NCBI GenBank assembly: GCA_963663475.2
Contig: CAXXJV010000001.1
Span: forward strand, 384,001 to 448,000
Length of the DNA: 64,000 nucleotides
Direction: 5' to 3'
From: Candidatus Cloacimonadales bacterium
Lineage (GTDB): Bacteria > Cloacimonadota > Cloacimonadia > Cloacimonadales > JAFGVF01
The translations under genes and the position numbers were made by a program. The notes under the pieces are model-generated. The model was not told the DNA's origin and did not search any database. It saw only the letters and a list, made by a program, of their open reading frames with translations. Positions 1-11,332 of the stretch are shown piece after piece; position 1 is the first letter of the stretch; every line of letters starts with the position of its first letter.

Positions 1-17
1 AGAAACAATCATATTCT

Positions 18-689
18 TTACGCTTTTCCTAATGTTAATACAAATATCTTGTCAGGGTTAGTATTTTTTAAAACTTTACAGCACTCTTCAACTGTTGAGC
101 CTGTAGTGAAGACATCATCTAACAAAATTACAGATTTGCCTTTTAAGTCAATACTTTTCTTAAGTTTAAATGCCTGACTAATATTTTTTTCTCTTTTATC
201 ATGGTCTAAAGTAGCTTGAGAAAGCGTATTGTTTACTCTTTCAATGATATCAGATGAGTATTCACAAGCTAATAATAAGGCCAATTTCTTGGCTATAAGA
301 CCTGCTTGATTATATCCTCGCTCTCTTTTTCTTACTGAATGTAAAGGTACTGCAGTTATAAGATTTACGTCAAGAATTAATTTAAAATTTTTTATCTGCT
401 GATAAATTAAGTTAGCTATAAAATCACTGATTGAACTTAAATTATAGAATTTTAAATTATGAATTATTGAGACTACCACTTTTCTATACTGAGCAATGGT
501 AACCAAATAATCATAAGACTTGCCCTCTATTTTAAGCAAAGGAGGACTTAAATATTCAATTTGATTTAAGCACTCGGGACAAAGATAGTCCTTTTGACTA
601 GCTATTCTTGCGCCACAATGAATACAGACAGGTGGGAAAAGAAGATTAGACCAAGAATTTCTCAATAGATGCAAATATGTAACCACCAT
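18..689 (-). CDS. comF: ComF family competence protein (zinc ribbon + PRTase-like domain)
   Basis: LLFPPVCIHC..LCPEC, VPLH..R.RERGYNQA, LLDDVFTTGST motifs; true start uncertain (overlaps purQ end). Confidence 0.9.
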   Translation of the reverse strand: MVVTYLHLLRNSWSNLLFPPVCIHCGARIASQKDYLCPECLNQIEYLSPPLLKIEGKSYDYLVTIAQYRKVVVSIIHNLKFYNLSSISDFIANLIYQQIKNFKLILDVNLITAVPLHSVRKRERGYNQAGLIAKKLALLLACEYSSDIIERVNNTLSQATLDHDKREKNISQAFKLKKSIDLKGKSVILLDDVFTTGSTVEECCKVLKNTNPDKIFVLTLGKA

Positions 690-1332
690 CTTGAGACATA
701 ACTTTATCTTCAGCAGCTCTTTCTGGATGAGGCATCATACCTAAAACATTTTTGCCTTCATTAAGAATACCTGCTATGTTATCAATAGCTCCATTAGGGT
801 TACTATCTCTAGTAATCTCTCCCTCTTGATTACAGTATTTAAAAGCTATTAAATCTTTATCTTGCAAAAGCTTCAATCCATCATTATCTATAAAGTAGTT
901 ACCTTCCTTATGAGCAATTGGGATATCGAGTGCTTGACCAGGTATTAGGCCTTTAGTAAAAACAGAATCTTTATTTACAGAAGTAATGTATTGGTGTTGA
1001 CAAATAAATTTTAAACTCTCATTCATCATCAAAGCTCCAGGTAGGAGACCAATTTCTGTGAGAATCTGAAAACCGTTACAAATACCCATTACTAGACCAC
1101 CATTTTGGGCAAACTTAATAACTTCAGCAATTATAGGGGAGAATTTAGCAATAGCACCACAACGAAGATAATCACCATAGGAGAAACCACCAGGGATTAT
1201 TACTAAGTCTGGATTGCTTAATTGGCTATCCTTATGCCACACAAAATCTACTTGATGCCCTCTGATTTTGCCTATATGAAAGGCATCATGATCGCAATTA
1301 GAACCTGGAAAAGTTATAACATTTATTCTCAT
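646..1332 (-). CDS. purQ: Phosphoribosylformylglycinamidine synthase subunit PurQ
   Basis: FPGSNCD, PGGFSYGDYLR, GICNGFQIL, GMMPHPER motifs. Confidence 0.97.
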   Translation of the reverse strand: MRINVITFPGSNCDHDAFHIGKIRGHQVDFVWHKDSQLSNPDLVIIPGGFSYGDYLRCGAIAKFSPIIAEVIKFAQNGGLVMGICNGFQILTEIGLLPGALMMNESLKFICQHQYITSVNKDSVFTKGLIPGQALDIPIAHKEGNYFIDNDGLKLLQDKDLIAFKYCNQEGEITRDSNPNGAIDNIAGILNEGKNVLGMMPHPERAAEDKVMSQDGGYIFASIEKFLV

Positions 1333-1334
1333 TA

Positions 1335-1592
1335 CTATTCTCCGCTTACATGTTCAAGATTCCATGAATAAGTCTCTGTATTAGGATTAGCTAATATTTT
1401 TTGGCATATTTCATGAATCTCATTTTCTGCAGCTTCTAAATCATCACTTTTTAATTTGATTTCAATAAATTTACTAACTCTAACCTCTTCCACATTATCA
1501 TATCCTATTGAGTGAAGAGAGTTCATTACTTGCTTTCCCTGTGGGTCAAGAACACTTGCTTTTAAGGTAACGTATACTTTTGCTTTAATCAT
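1335..1592 (-). CDS. purS: Phosphoribosylformylglycinamidine synthase subunit PurS
   Basis: VLDPQG and LANP motifs, 85 aa, adjacent to purQ. Confidence 0.95.
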   Translation of the reverse strand: MIKAKVYVTLKASVLDPQGKQVMNSLHSIGYDNVEEVRVSKFIEIKLKSDDLEAAENEIHEICQKILANPNTETYSWNLEHVSGE

Positions 1593-1663
1593 ATTATCCT
1601 CTTAATTTTATATTATTTAGTTTCATAAATTTCTAAAGGCTTAATCTCTGTCAAGAGAGTTAA

Positions 1664-3331
1664 TTACCTAACACTTCTAAGAGCTTGAGCAATGTTAAGT
1701 GAATAATCTCCAATATGCTCAAAATGTCTTAAAAGATCAATATAGAGAAGCTCTGCTTGCACATCTGAATTACCAGCAGTGATTCTTTCTCTAGCATTGT
1801 GTTTATATCTTTTTCTAATATTATTAATTTGATTTTCTATCTCATAGGCCTGTTTTAAATCATCTCTCTTCATGTGTTCAAGCATTTTGTGATTATAAAG
1901 AGACATAAATTCTTTAACTGCCTTAGCTATATCATTAATTTCTTGAGTAGCCTCGGGATGCATTTCTAGTTTTTTATCATACTTTTTCTTGGTAATCAAC
2001 ATTATTCTAAGAACAGAGTCTCCAATACCTTCTAGTTCATGAACTATCCTTATCATAGCATTGATATTTTTTGCATAAGTATCTGTGAGAGCTTCTTCTG
2101 AACAAAGGGTCAAGAAGTTAGTAATTTCTCTTTGCATATCATCAGTTAATTTTTCTTGACGACTAATCTTTTCTACCTCATCTCCCAGTTTTTTGTGAGG
2201 GTTAAAGAAAAGATGTAAGGAAGTATCAAACATATCTTCACAAATTCTAACTAGCTTAAAAATCTCCTGTCTTACCTGTTCTAGATTAAAGGCAGTTGGA
2301 TCAACACGACCTGATTGCAAGTATGCCAACTTATATTCAGTATTTTCATCATTCCTGTTTGGTTTAACTATCTTTTCTACTGCTAGGGCAAAGTATTTAA
2401 CCAGCCAGATACAAACAAAAGTATTTATGACATTAAATACAGTATGGAAAAGACTGAGTTTTAGTGGTAGATTAGAAAGCATTTCCTTCCAAGGAGATAA
2501 CCAATCGATTAATTGAATAAAATAGGTGAAAATAAAAGTCATCCAAACCACACCAAAGATATTAAAGAGCAGGTGTGCTCTAGCTGCTCTTCTAGCATTC
2601 ACTGTAGTTCCGATTGAAGCTAAATAAGCGGTAATAGTAGTACCGATATTCTCACCCAAGACTATCATTGCAGCTGTTGGAAAATCTATCCAACCCTTAT
2701 AAGCCATTGTCACTGTAATAGCCATAGCTGCAGAAGAAGATTGAACTGCAATTGTTAATCCAGCCCCTAAAATCACAAAGATAAAGTATGATAATAAACC
2801 TCTACCTGTAAAATCTTTAACAAACTGAAAAATCTCTGGGTGATTATTTATGTCAGGAACTGAATCTTTTAAAAAAGACAGACCTAAAAAGAGTAAACCA
2901 AAGCCTATCAATACTTCAGCCCATTCTCTTTTCATTCTATGCTTTGAGAAAAAGAGGGGTAAACCAACACCAATCATAGGAAGGGCAATAGCAGAAATCT
3001 TAAATTTAAAACCTACAAATGATACTATCCAAGTTGTAACAGTAGTTCCTATATTTGCTCCCATTATCACACCAATAGACTGCACTAGGTTCAGCAAACC
3101 AGCATTAACAAAACTCACAACCATAACTGTCGTTGCTGATGAAGATTGGATAAGTGCAGTTATTAGAAATCCAGTAAAAACAGCCATAAATCTATTCTTA
3201 GTCATATAATTAAGAATAGATTTCATCTTATCTCCAGCAACCTTATGGATGCCATCACTCATTACTTTCATTCCATAGAGGAATACACCAAGCGAACCTA
3301 ATAAATTGAAAATCAAGGCAATAGAAGACAT
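1664..3331 (-). CDS. Na+/Pi cotransporter family protein with PhoU-like C-terminal domain
   Basis: Two QSSS repeats (IQSSSATT, VQSSSAA), GANIGTT/GENIGTT, C-terminal helical domain ending EHIGD. Confidence 0.93.
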   Translation of the reverse strand: MSSIALIFNLLGSLGVFLYGMKVMSDGIHKVAGDKMKSILNYMTKNRFMAVFTGFLITALIQSSSATTVMVVSFVNAGLLNLVQSIGVIMGANIGTTVTTWIVSFVGFKFKISAIALPMIGVGLPLFFSKHRMKREWAEVLIGFGLLFLGLSFLKDSVPDINNHPEIFQFVKDFTGRGLLSYFIFVILGAGLTIAVQSSSAAMAITVTMAYKGWIDFPTAAMIVLGENIGTTITAYLASIGTTVNARRAARAHLLFNIFGVVWMTFIFTYFIQLIDWLSPWKEMLSNLPLKLSLFHTVFNVINTFVCIWLVKYFALAVEKIVKPNRNDENTEYKLAYLQSGRVDPTAFNLEQVRQEIFKLVRICEDMFDTSLHLFFNPHKKLGDEVEKISRQEKLTDDMQREITNFLTLCSEEALTDTYAKNINAMIRIVHELEGIGDSVLRIMLITKKKYDKKLEMHPEATQEINDIAKAVKEFMSLYNHKMLEHMKRDDLKQAYEIENQINNIRKRYKHNARERITAGNSDVQAELLYIDLLRHFEHIGDYSLNIAQALRSVR

Positions 3332-3354
3332 TTTTTATCCTTTTATAATATAAT

Positions 3355-3386
3355 TAAAAAAAAGACAGTCGGCTAAAGGACTGTCT
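3355..3386 (-). terminator. Intrinsic terminator after hisS
   Basis: agacagtc/gactgtct stem followed by a T-run on the minus strand. Confidence 0.75.
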
Positions 3387-3393
3387 AACATAG

Positions 3394-4650
3394 TTATTTA
3401 ATAAGACTAGCAAGGTCGTCGATAGAAACATCTACCTGCTTTCTTTCTTGTAAGTATTTCAGAGTAACTACTCCACGTTCTAATTCATCATCACCCAAAA
3501 TAAGGGCATATTTAGATTGGATTTTATCAGCCATTTTCATCTGAGCTTTTAGAGAAGTTTTATCTGGGTCATATTCGACAGAAATATTATTCTTACGTAA
3601 AATACTAATAATTTCTGCAACCCTCATTTGAGCTTTCTTACCTATAGCAACAATATATACTTGCGGGATTACTTGCTTTCCCGAGAATAAATTTTCTTCT
3701 TCCATAGAAAGTAGAAGTCTTTCAAAACCACCAGCAAAACCAATTCCTGGAACAGCTTTACCGCCAATTTGCTCAACTAATCCGTTATACCTTCCTCCTG
3801 CACCAATTGCATTTTGGGCACCAAGTTTATGGTTAAGAAATTCAAAGGCAGTATGAGTATAATAATCTAAGCCTCTAACTATCTTAGGATTAACAGAGAA
3901 AGGCACTTGAAATTGATTTAAAAATTCTTTAACCTGTTCAAAGTGATTTGAACACTCTTCATCAAGATAATCAAGCATAAGGGGAGCATTTTGACCTATT
4001 TCTTTACAAGTCTTAACCTTACAATCTAAGATTCTTCTAGGTTTTTTATCTAACCTAACTTGGCAGTCATGGCATAAATCATTTTTATAGGGAGCAAAGT
4101 ATTCCTGCAAGGCTTTATCATAACGGGCAGAGACAAGGTCATTACCGACACTATTAATTTCTACTTCAAATTGAGTGAGACCTAATTTTTGGACAAAGGT
4201 GTAGAAGAGAGCTATGATTTCAGCATCTATATAGGGGTTGTTAGATCCAATTGCTTCTACTCCATATTGGTAGAATTGACGATATCTCCCCTTTTGAGGC
4301 CTATCATATCTAAACATAGGGCCAGTATAGAATAGTTTTTGAATTCCTGCTGCAGACCCTAAAGAATTCTCGACATAGCTTCTAACGACAGGAGCTGTGC
4401 CTTCTGGTCTGAGGGCAAAAGTTCTTCCCTTCTTATCATTGAATTTATACATTTCTTTTTGCACTATGTCAGATGTTTCACCTGATGATCTTTCAAAAAG
4501 GTCTGCATCTTCAAAGATAGGCGTAACTATTTCTTTATAATTAAATAATTTAGCTGTACTTTTAAATACATTTATTATATATTCCCATTTATAGCTATCA
4601 TCGGGCAAAATATCATAAGTCCCACGAGGGAGATTATATTTTGAACTCAC
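3394..4650 (-). CDS. hisS: Histidine--tRNA ligase
   Basis: LRPEGTA, FRYDRPQKGRYRQF, VRGLDYY, GGRY motifs; GTG start with GAGG RBS. Confidence 0.98.
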   Translation of the reverse strand: MSSKYNLPRGTYDILPDDSYKWEYIINVFKSTAKLFNYKEIVTPIFEDADLFERSSGETSDIVQKEMYKFNDKKGRTFALRPEGTAPVVRSYVENSLGSAAGIQKLFYTGPMFRYDRPQKGRYRQFYQYGVEAIGSNNPYIDAEIIALFYTFVQKLGLTQFEVEINSVGNDLVSARYDKALQEYFAPYKNDLCHDCQVRLDKKPRRILDCKVKTCKEIGQNAPLMLDYLDEECSNHFEQVKEFLNQFQVPFSVNPKIVRGLDYYTHTAFEFLNHKLGAQNAIGAGGRYNGLVEQIGGKAVPGIGFAGGFERLLLSMEEENLFSGKQVIPQVYIVAIGKKAQMRVAEIISILRKNNISVEYDPDKTSLKAQMKMADKIQSKYALILGDDELERGVVTLKYLQERKQVDVSIDDLASLIK

Positions 4651-4849
4651 TAAGATACCTCTTCTAGTATTTTTTTTGTCATAATTTTTAGTTAAGATAA
4701 ATCGTCAATTATTATTATATAGATCTAATAAAAATGATCATTTCCCTAATTAGTCCAATCGACTTTCTGTCAGTTAAGAAATCCACTATATTCACAATGT
4801 AAATAAATATCATGGATAGCTGAAGCAGAAGCTTAGATTCCTAAAATAG

Positions 4850-7444
4850 CTATGATAATTTTCTAGCACTAGCAGCAATAAGAGCATTAACTAATTCTTC
4901 TAATTTCAGTGGTTTATAAATAATATAATAATCAAAATCTGTTAAGTTTTTGGTTAAGTCATCATCAATTATTGAGCGTGTCATTAGAATAATAGTAACT
5001 TTAGCATCTTTGAGTATTTGCTTATTTTTAGAGAAGAAGTCTTTGAAACCAGATTCATAATCGAAAATAATTAAATCACACTGTTTATTTGAGTTAATAT
5101 ATTTTTCATAGAAATTGCCATGTGGCATAAGCCTAGAGGAGATATTATTTTTCATTAGGAGCTGACTTATAAACTTTTGACTTCCTAAATCTTCATCAAT
5201 AATGCAAATATGTCTAGCCTGTAATTGGCTAATTTCTTTGGGTCTCAAATGATTCTTAAAGTCTTTAAAAATACTCATATCAAAATCCAAATAGAAGTAA
5301 ACAGTTGTTCCTTTACCTTCATTTGAAGTTAACCAAATAGAGCCACCCATTTTGCTGATAATATTTCTACATATTGCTAATCCTAAGCCCATTCCAGTCA
5401 AACTTGTTTTTAAATTGTTTTCTTGAGGATGATTGAATTTTTCGAAAGCATGATGTTCTTCTTCTTTAGTCATACCTAGGCCACTATCTTTAACATAGAA
5501 GATAATTTTTCCATCACTTGGGTGGGTATAACCACACTCAATAACTCCTTTTGGGGTAAATTTAACAGCATTTTCCAAAATTTCTCTAAAAACTAAACAG
5601 AAGTACTTTTTGTCATTGAAGAGAATATCTTTCTGATCAGATAAAGAAAAATAATTAACAATTTTAACCAACCTGCCAGATTTAACAGCTTCTTTCTGAA
5701 TTTGTGCAATATTTTCCCTGATACATTCATTAACAGAAAACTCTTGATTGTTTATACTTCTAGTATTTTTATTAATCTCTGAATAGACTAAAATCTTTTC
5801 AATTAATCTGAGTAATTTATCTGAATTGCTTTTCACTATTTCATGATAATCATTTCTTTGCAAGTCAGGAAAAGTTTCTTTATCTAATAGTTCTTGGAAG
5901 CCATTTTTCACATTTAAGGGGTCTCTTATCTCTCTGATAAATCCTTCAATTAGGTTTTTAGATTCAAAAATTTGTTTTTCAGATTCTTCAATCTTTCTTT
6001 TAAGTTCTAGCATTTCATGTTTAACTTTTGAATTATTAAAAAACTCAACAATAACAAATTCATTCTGTCCATCTTGATAATCAATTAGAGATATTATTAC
6101 TGGGAAGGTTACTTTACCTGCCGTGAATTCTAAATCAAATAGCTTCCCCTGTCTATCCTTTCCCTTATTAATTATATCAAGAATTTCTTTAGGGAAAAAA
6201 TCAAGCAACCTACTTTCCTTTTTCATTATCATATCAGCAAAATCAGATTGTGTTACTTTTAGGTTATAATCTACTATTAGCCCTGTATCCTTAGCAACTA
6301 CAAAGATATACTGATAACTTTTATTAGATATCTGAGTTAGAATATTTTGGGATCTATTTAGTTCTTTCTTATATTTTTTTTGTCTTAAATAGTTGATTAT
6401 CAATAAAATTATAAAGAGAATATAACTAATATAAAAGCTTAATCTGAGAGCTTTAATCATCACAGTTTTCGAGAGCTCATCATTCTCTAGTACAAGAGCA
6501 TTATCTCTATATGAGGCTATATCAATTTGGAAATTGTTTGCCACTTTATTATTCAGATAGAGCTGGTATTCTTCAATATTAGAGAGGTCTATCTCATTTA
6601 AAGGCAGATTATTGAGGATAAGCATTATTTTTATAGAAAGATTTTTTGCAAAAGTATCCAAATTAGAATAATATCCTCCAAGGGCAATACCCTCATTCTT
6701 CTCATAGAATGTGTAGATAGGTAAGGCTAAGCTTTCATTCAAGAAATCTACTTGTTCAGGAAAATCCATATGAGCAAAATCTTTATCTTGATAAGCTGAG
6801 AGAAGTAAGACAATACTATTTTTTTGAGAATAATACTCATATTTACTAATTTCTGAGAAAGCTAATTTACTGAAATCAATATATAGAACCTTTTCTTGGA
6901 AACTTTTATCGCCAACAAGATAATTTTCTAAGTAAGTTTTCATTATCTGCCCTTTAAGAGACTTATCAGAAATTACTAGTAAGTGTTCTAAGTTTGGGTG
7001 TAGCTCTTTTATTAGCTCTAATTCTTTAATAATTGTGGTTTTGATAATGTTTTTATTATAGATATCTAAATTAAGAATTTTAGTATTAGGGAAAATTACC
7101 TGACCAAAGTCTTCACAGAATTCAATAGCTTTAGAGTTATAGGCAACCACTATATCAAATTTATTAACACTGCCATATTTTTCTTGGAAAAATCTAATAA
7201 ATGTAGCTTTATCTCTTGTATATACACTATTATTATCACCAATATATTCAGCAAAAAGCTTGATATCACTTTCCCGTAGTTCATTATCAAGGGCTAAGAA
7301 AATCTGCCGGTTAATCAAATATTCATGAGAACCAGAAAATAGTAATAAAACTCGCTTATGCTCATCAGTTTTGTAGTCCTGTGACATTAGATTCAAGCTA
7401 AGAAATAATAGAAAAAGAAAAAAGACATTTTTTTTTATATTCAT
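4850..7444 (-). CDS. Membrane hybrid sensor histidine kinase-like protein (periplasmic sensor, HATPase, degenerate receiver); H-box His replaced by Arg
   Basis: Signal/TM, second TM, ENAVKFT, DSGLGM, GMGLGLAI boxes; H-box reads FIREIRDPLN; start placed at ATG 7444 behind a GAGGA RBS. Confidence 0.85.
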   Translation of the reverse strand: MNIKKNVFFLFLLFLSLNLMSQDYKTDEHKRVLLLFSGSHEYLINRQIFLALDNELRESDIKLFAEYIGDNNSVYTRDKATFIRFFQEKYGSVNKFDIVVAYNSKAIEFCEDFGQVIFPNTKILNLDIYNKNIIKTTIIKELELIKELHPNLEHLLVISDKSLKGQIMKTYLENYLVGDKSFQEKVLYIDFSKLAFSEISKYEYYSQKNSIVLLLSAYQDKDFAHMDFPEQVDFLNESLALPIYTFYEKNEGIALGGYYSNLDTFAKNLSIKIMLILNNLPLNEIDLSNIEEYQLYLNNKVANNFQIDIASYRDNALVLENDELSKTVMIKALRLSFYISYILFIILLIINYLRQKKYKKELNRSQNILTQISNKSYQYIFVVAKDTGLIVDYNLKVTQSDFADMIMKKESRLLDFFPKEILDIINKGKDRQGKLFDLEFTAGKVTFPVIISLIDYQDGQNEFVIVEFFNNSKVKHEMLELKRKIEESEKQIFESKNLIEGFIREIRDPLNVKNGFQELLDKETFPDLQRNDYHEIVKSNSDKLLRLIEKILVYSEINKNTRSINNQEFSVNECIRENIAQIQKEAVKSGRLVKIVNYFSLSDQKDILFNDKKYFCLVFREILENAVKFTPKGVIECGYTHPSDGKIIFYVKDSGLGMTKEEEHHAFEKFNHPQENNLKTSLTGMGLGLAICRNIISKMGGSIWLTSNEGKGTTVYFYLDFDMSIFKDFKNHLRPKEISQLQARHICIIDEDLGSQKFISQLLMKNNISSRLMPHGNFYEKYINSNKQCDLIIFDYESGFKDFFSKNKQILKDAKVTIILMTRSIIDDDLTKNLTDFDYYIIYKPLKLEELVNALIAASARKLS

Positions 7445-7647
7445 AATTTTCCTCATTTAAGCAAACTTAATACTTGAGCTTCTTTTTGTAAAGAATTTTC
7501 TTTCTTTCGTAAGAAAGTTACACTTCAAAGCTACTTGCTAATTAACAAGCTCTTCCGCCTTTTAGATAATTTAAAACTTTTCGTTGACATAAAAATCCAC
7601 ATTTTAAATTATATAGCCATATAAAATAAATAAAAAATTAGGAGTAC

Positions 7648-8577
7648 ATGATGTCCGTTAAAGTATTAGTTGCTACAGAAAAACCTTTCGCTCCAGCAGC
7701 AGTTAAAGGTATTCAAGAAGTATGTCAGGAAGCTGGTTATGAGTGTATTTTATTAGAAAAATATGCAGACCAAGCAGATTTTGTTAATGCAGTCAAAGAT
7801 GTTGATGCTGTAATTATCCGTAGTGATAAAGCTACTAAGGAAGTTATTGATAATGGCGATAACTTAAAAATTATCGTTAGAGCAGGTGCAGGTTATGACA
7901 ATATTGACCTCCAGGCTGCTAGTGCAAAAAACGTAGTTGCTATGAATACCCCTGGTCAAAATTCTAATGCTGTTGCTGAATTAGCATTTGGTATGATGCT
8001 CTACAGTGCAAGAAACTTCTTCTCACCTAAAGCTGGAACAGAGTTAAGAGAAAAAACTATCGGTATCCATGCTTATGGTAATGTTGGCCGTTATGTTGCA
8101 AAAATTGCTCAAGGCTTCGGTATGACTGTTAAAGCATTTGATCCATTCATTTGCTCATGTAAAATGGAAGAAGATGGTGTTATCCCTGTGACTTCAGTAG
8201 AAGAATTATATTCAACTTGTGATTATATTTCTCTCCATATTCCTGCAAATGACAAAACAAAAAAATCAATTAATGCTTCATTATTTAATATTATGAAAGC
8301 TGATGCTGTTTTAGTTAATACTGCTCGTAAAGAAGTTATTGATGAAGACGATTTAAAGAAAGCTTTTGCTGAAAAAGCTAAATTCAAATACCTTACTGAT
8401 ATTGCACCTGTATGTGATGCAGAATTAAAAGCAGACTTCCCTGATAGGTATTTCGCAACTCCTAAGAAAATGGGAGCTCAAACTGGAGAAGCTAATGTAA
8501 ATGCAGGTCTTGCTGCTATCAAACAAATTGTTGCCTTCTTAAAAGATGGTGATACAACTTTCCAAGTTAATAAATAA
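7648..8577 (+). CDS. serA: D-3-phosphoglycerate dehydrogenase / D-2-hydroxyacid dehydrogenase
   Basis: RAGAGYDNID, NTPGQNSNAVAE, ISLHIP, VNTAR motifs. Confidence 0.8.
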   Translation: MMSVKVLVATEKPFAPAAVKGIQEVCQEAGYECILLEKYADQADFVNAVKDVDAVIIRSDKATKEVIDNGDNLKIIVRAGAGYDNIDLQAASAKNVVAMNTPGQNSNAVAELAFGMMLYSARNFFSPKAGTELREKTIGIHAYGNVGRYVAKIAQGFGMTVKAFDPFICSCKMEEDGVIPVTSVEELYSTCDYISLHIPANDKTKKSINASLFNIMKADAVLVNTARKEVIDEDDLKKAFAEKAKFKYLTDIAPVCDAELKADFPDRYFATPKKMGAQTGEANVNAGLAAIKQIVAFLKDGDTTFQVNK

Positions 8578-8598
8578 TTTTATTAAGAAATTAATTAG

Positions 8599-8627
8599 AA
8601 AGAGGGATGATTCATCCCTCTTTTTTT
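8599..8627 (+). terminator. Intrinsic terminator after serA-like gene
   Basis: agagggatga/tcatccctct stem followed by a T-run. Confidence 0.85.
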
Positions 8628-8628
8628 A

Positions 8629-8672
8629 TCCCGAATGGTGCAGTAGAACTTTGATAAAGAGTGATAGATTCT
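8629..8672 (+). repeat. Left-end fragment of fold-back MITE (family A)
   Basis: cccgaatggtgcagtagaactttgat matches the left end of the copy at 30319. Confidence 0.8.
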
Positions 8673-8682
8673 CTCTTTCTTT

Positions 8683-8797
8683 CTAACTGGGAATTCGGGC
8701 ATCCCTGCCTGAGTCCAGCACGAAAGTGTTGGAATTGTTATGATTACCACACACTTTCGTGCGTGGTGCGGGCAAGGATGCCCGCATTCCCAGTTAG
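8683..8797. repeat. REPIN-like long inverted repeat (family C)
   Basis: ctaactgggaattcgggcatccctgcc ... ggcaaggatgcccgcattcccagttag arms with an inner gcacgaaagtgt/acactttcgtgc stem. Confidence 0.85.
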
Positions 8798-8909
8798 CCC
8801 TGCCTTACTATCTGTTTGAGGGGTGATGGACGGTTTATCCACCTTCTTCTTTCTTTTTTGCTTTTAGCAAAAATAATTAGTGAAAATCGTTTTAATTTGT
8901 CTTAAGAAC

Positions 8910-9992
8910 CTAATACAAATAAATATATTTATTACCTGCTTGGGCCTGAATAACCCCTTTTAGTTCTAAGTTCATGAGTAAGGAAGACAATTTAGACATT
9001 TGAATTTTAGTATTGATAATAATTTCATCATAATATACTGATCTATTTTCTTGTTTGATATAATCATAAACTATCTTTTCATCTTTAGACAATTCTGGGA
9101 AAATAGTCAATTGCTCTACATAGTTAGTATTAATAAAAGATGCTAAGATATCATCAGCTTCAGTAACCATACAAGCCCCATTTTTGATAAGATAATTAGG
9201 GCCCTCTGATAGGATATTATTTATCTGCCCTGGCACAGCAAAAAGCTCTTTATTCTGATCTAGAGCATATTTAGCAGTTAGCATAGCCCCACTAGATTTC
9301 TTGCCTTGAATAACTAAAGTACCCATTGATAAGGCTGAAATTATTCTGTTTCTTTGTGGGAAAAAATAGCGTTCAGCTGGCATACCAGGAATATATTCAG
9401 AGAGAATTGCTCCATTTTCAATAATTTTCTCAGCTAAGTGCCTATTTTCAGGAGGATAGATTTGATCACAGCCAGTTGCCATTACTGCCAGAGTTTTACC
9501 TCCTGTAGCTAAAGTGGCCTTGTGGGCTATTGTATCAACTCCATAAGCTAAGCCTGAAACAATTATTACCCCCTTGCTGGCTAAGTCTCTGCTTAACTTA
9601 TTAGCTATATATTTACCATAATTATCTACCCTTCTAGTACCCACAATTGCCAAAGTATTATTCCACGCATTTTGAGGTAATTCTCCCCTATAAAATATTA
9701 TTAAAGGAGGTGAGAATATTGATTTCAAACATACTGGATAGTCCTTATCTAAACAAGTAAGATACTTGATATCATACTTTTCTATAAGCTTGCATACCTG
9801 GTCGAAATTACTAATTTTTTTATTTTCCTTTATCTTACTAAGAAGCTTTGAGGGAATTTCTGGAATATCCAAATCTTCCCCCATAAAATTTTTAGGTTCC
9901 CCATACTTCTCTAATAAAATCCTACTATAAACCCTTCCAATACCATCTGTCTGACGAAACCTTAACCAATAATCGAGATGCTCAAAATCCAT
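8910..9992 (-). CDS. dprA: DNA-processing protein DprA
   Basis: AIVGTR, VSGLAYGVD..AH, FPQRNRIIS, SGAMLTA, C-terminal winged helix. Confidence 0.96.
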   Translation of the reverse strand: MDFEHLDYWLRFRQTDGIGRVYSRILLEKYGEPKNFMGEDLDIPEIPSKLLSKIKENKKISNFDQVCKLIEKYDIKYLTCLDKDYPVCLKSIFSPPLIIFYRGELPQNAWNNTLAIVGTRRVDNYGKYIANKLSRDLASKGVIIVSGLAYGVDTIAHKATLATGGKTLAVMATGCDQIYPPENRHLAEKIIENGAILSEYIPGMPAERYFFPQRNRIISALSMGTLVIQGKKSSGAMLTAKYALDQNKELFAVPGQINNILSEGPNYLIKNGACMVTEADDILASFINTNYVEQLTIFPELSKDEKIVYDYIKQENRSVYYDEIIINTKIQMSKLSSLLMNLELKGVIQAQAGNKYIYLY

Positions 9993-9995
9993 AAC

Positions 9996-11021
<1,026 letters not shown>

Positions 11022-11229
11022 TCATTTTTTCTTTAACCCGAATGGTTTAATTATATATTTTCTAATTATTTTTCTATAAATACCATATTCTCAAAGAACT
11101 AGATTGAGTCAAGAACATTATATGATGATTATTAAGTATCTAGGATAGTTAATTTTTAGCAAGTTTCCTGAAGACTAATGTAGATTATAGCTTGAGAGAA
11201 GTGGGTGTTTAGTTTAAGCATGCTTAGTT

Positions 11230-11286
11230 CTTCCTTTACGGTCTTTCGATGAAAGTCCAGGTTTCATCGAAAGACTGTAAAGGAAG
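11230..11286. repeat. Long palindrome family B, copy 1
   Basis: cttcctttacggtctttcgatgaaa-gtccagg-tttcatcgaaagactgtaaaggaag. Confidence 0.9.
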
Positions 11287-11332
11287 GGTAAAAGATGAAT
11301 AAGGGGTAGATAAGAGAAAATTATTCTTTTTA

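Noticed and set aside
2850-3209. Antisense and nested short ORFs throughout the ORF track (e.g. 2850, 10786, 43295, 45715, 46531, 56102)
   Set aside because: They are shadows of well-supported genes on the opposite strand or in another frame
11230-11286. Hammerhead ribozyme suggested by GATGA/GAAA in family B
   Set aside because: No CUGAUGA core, and these bases are locked in one continuous stem
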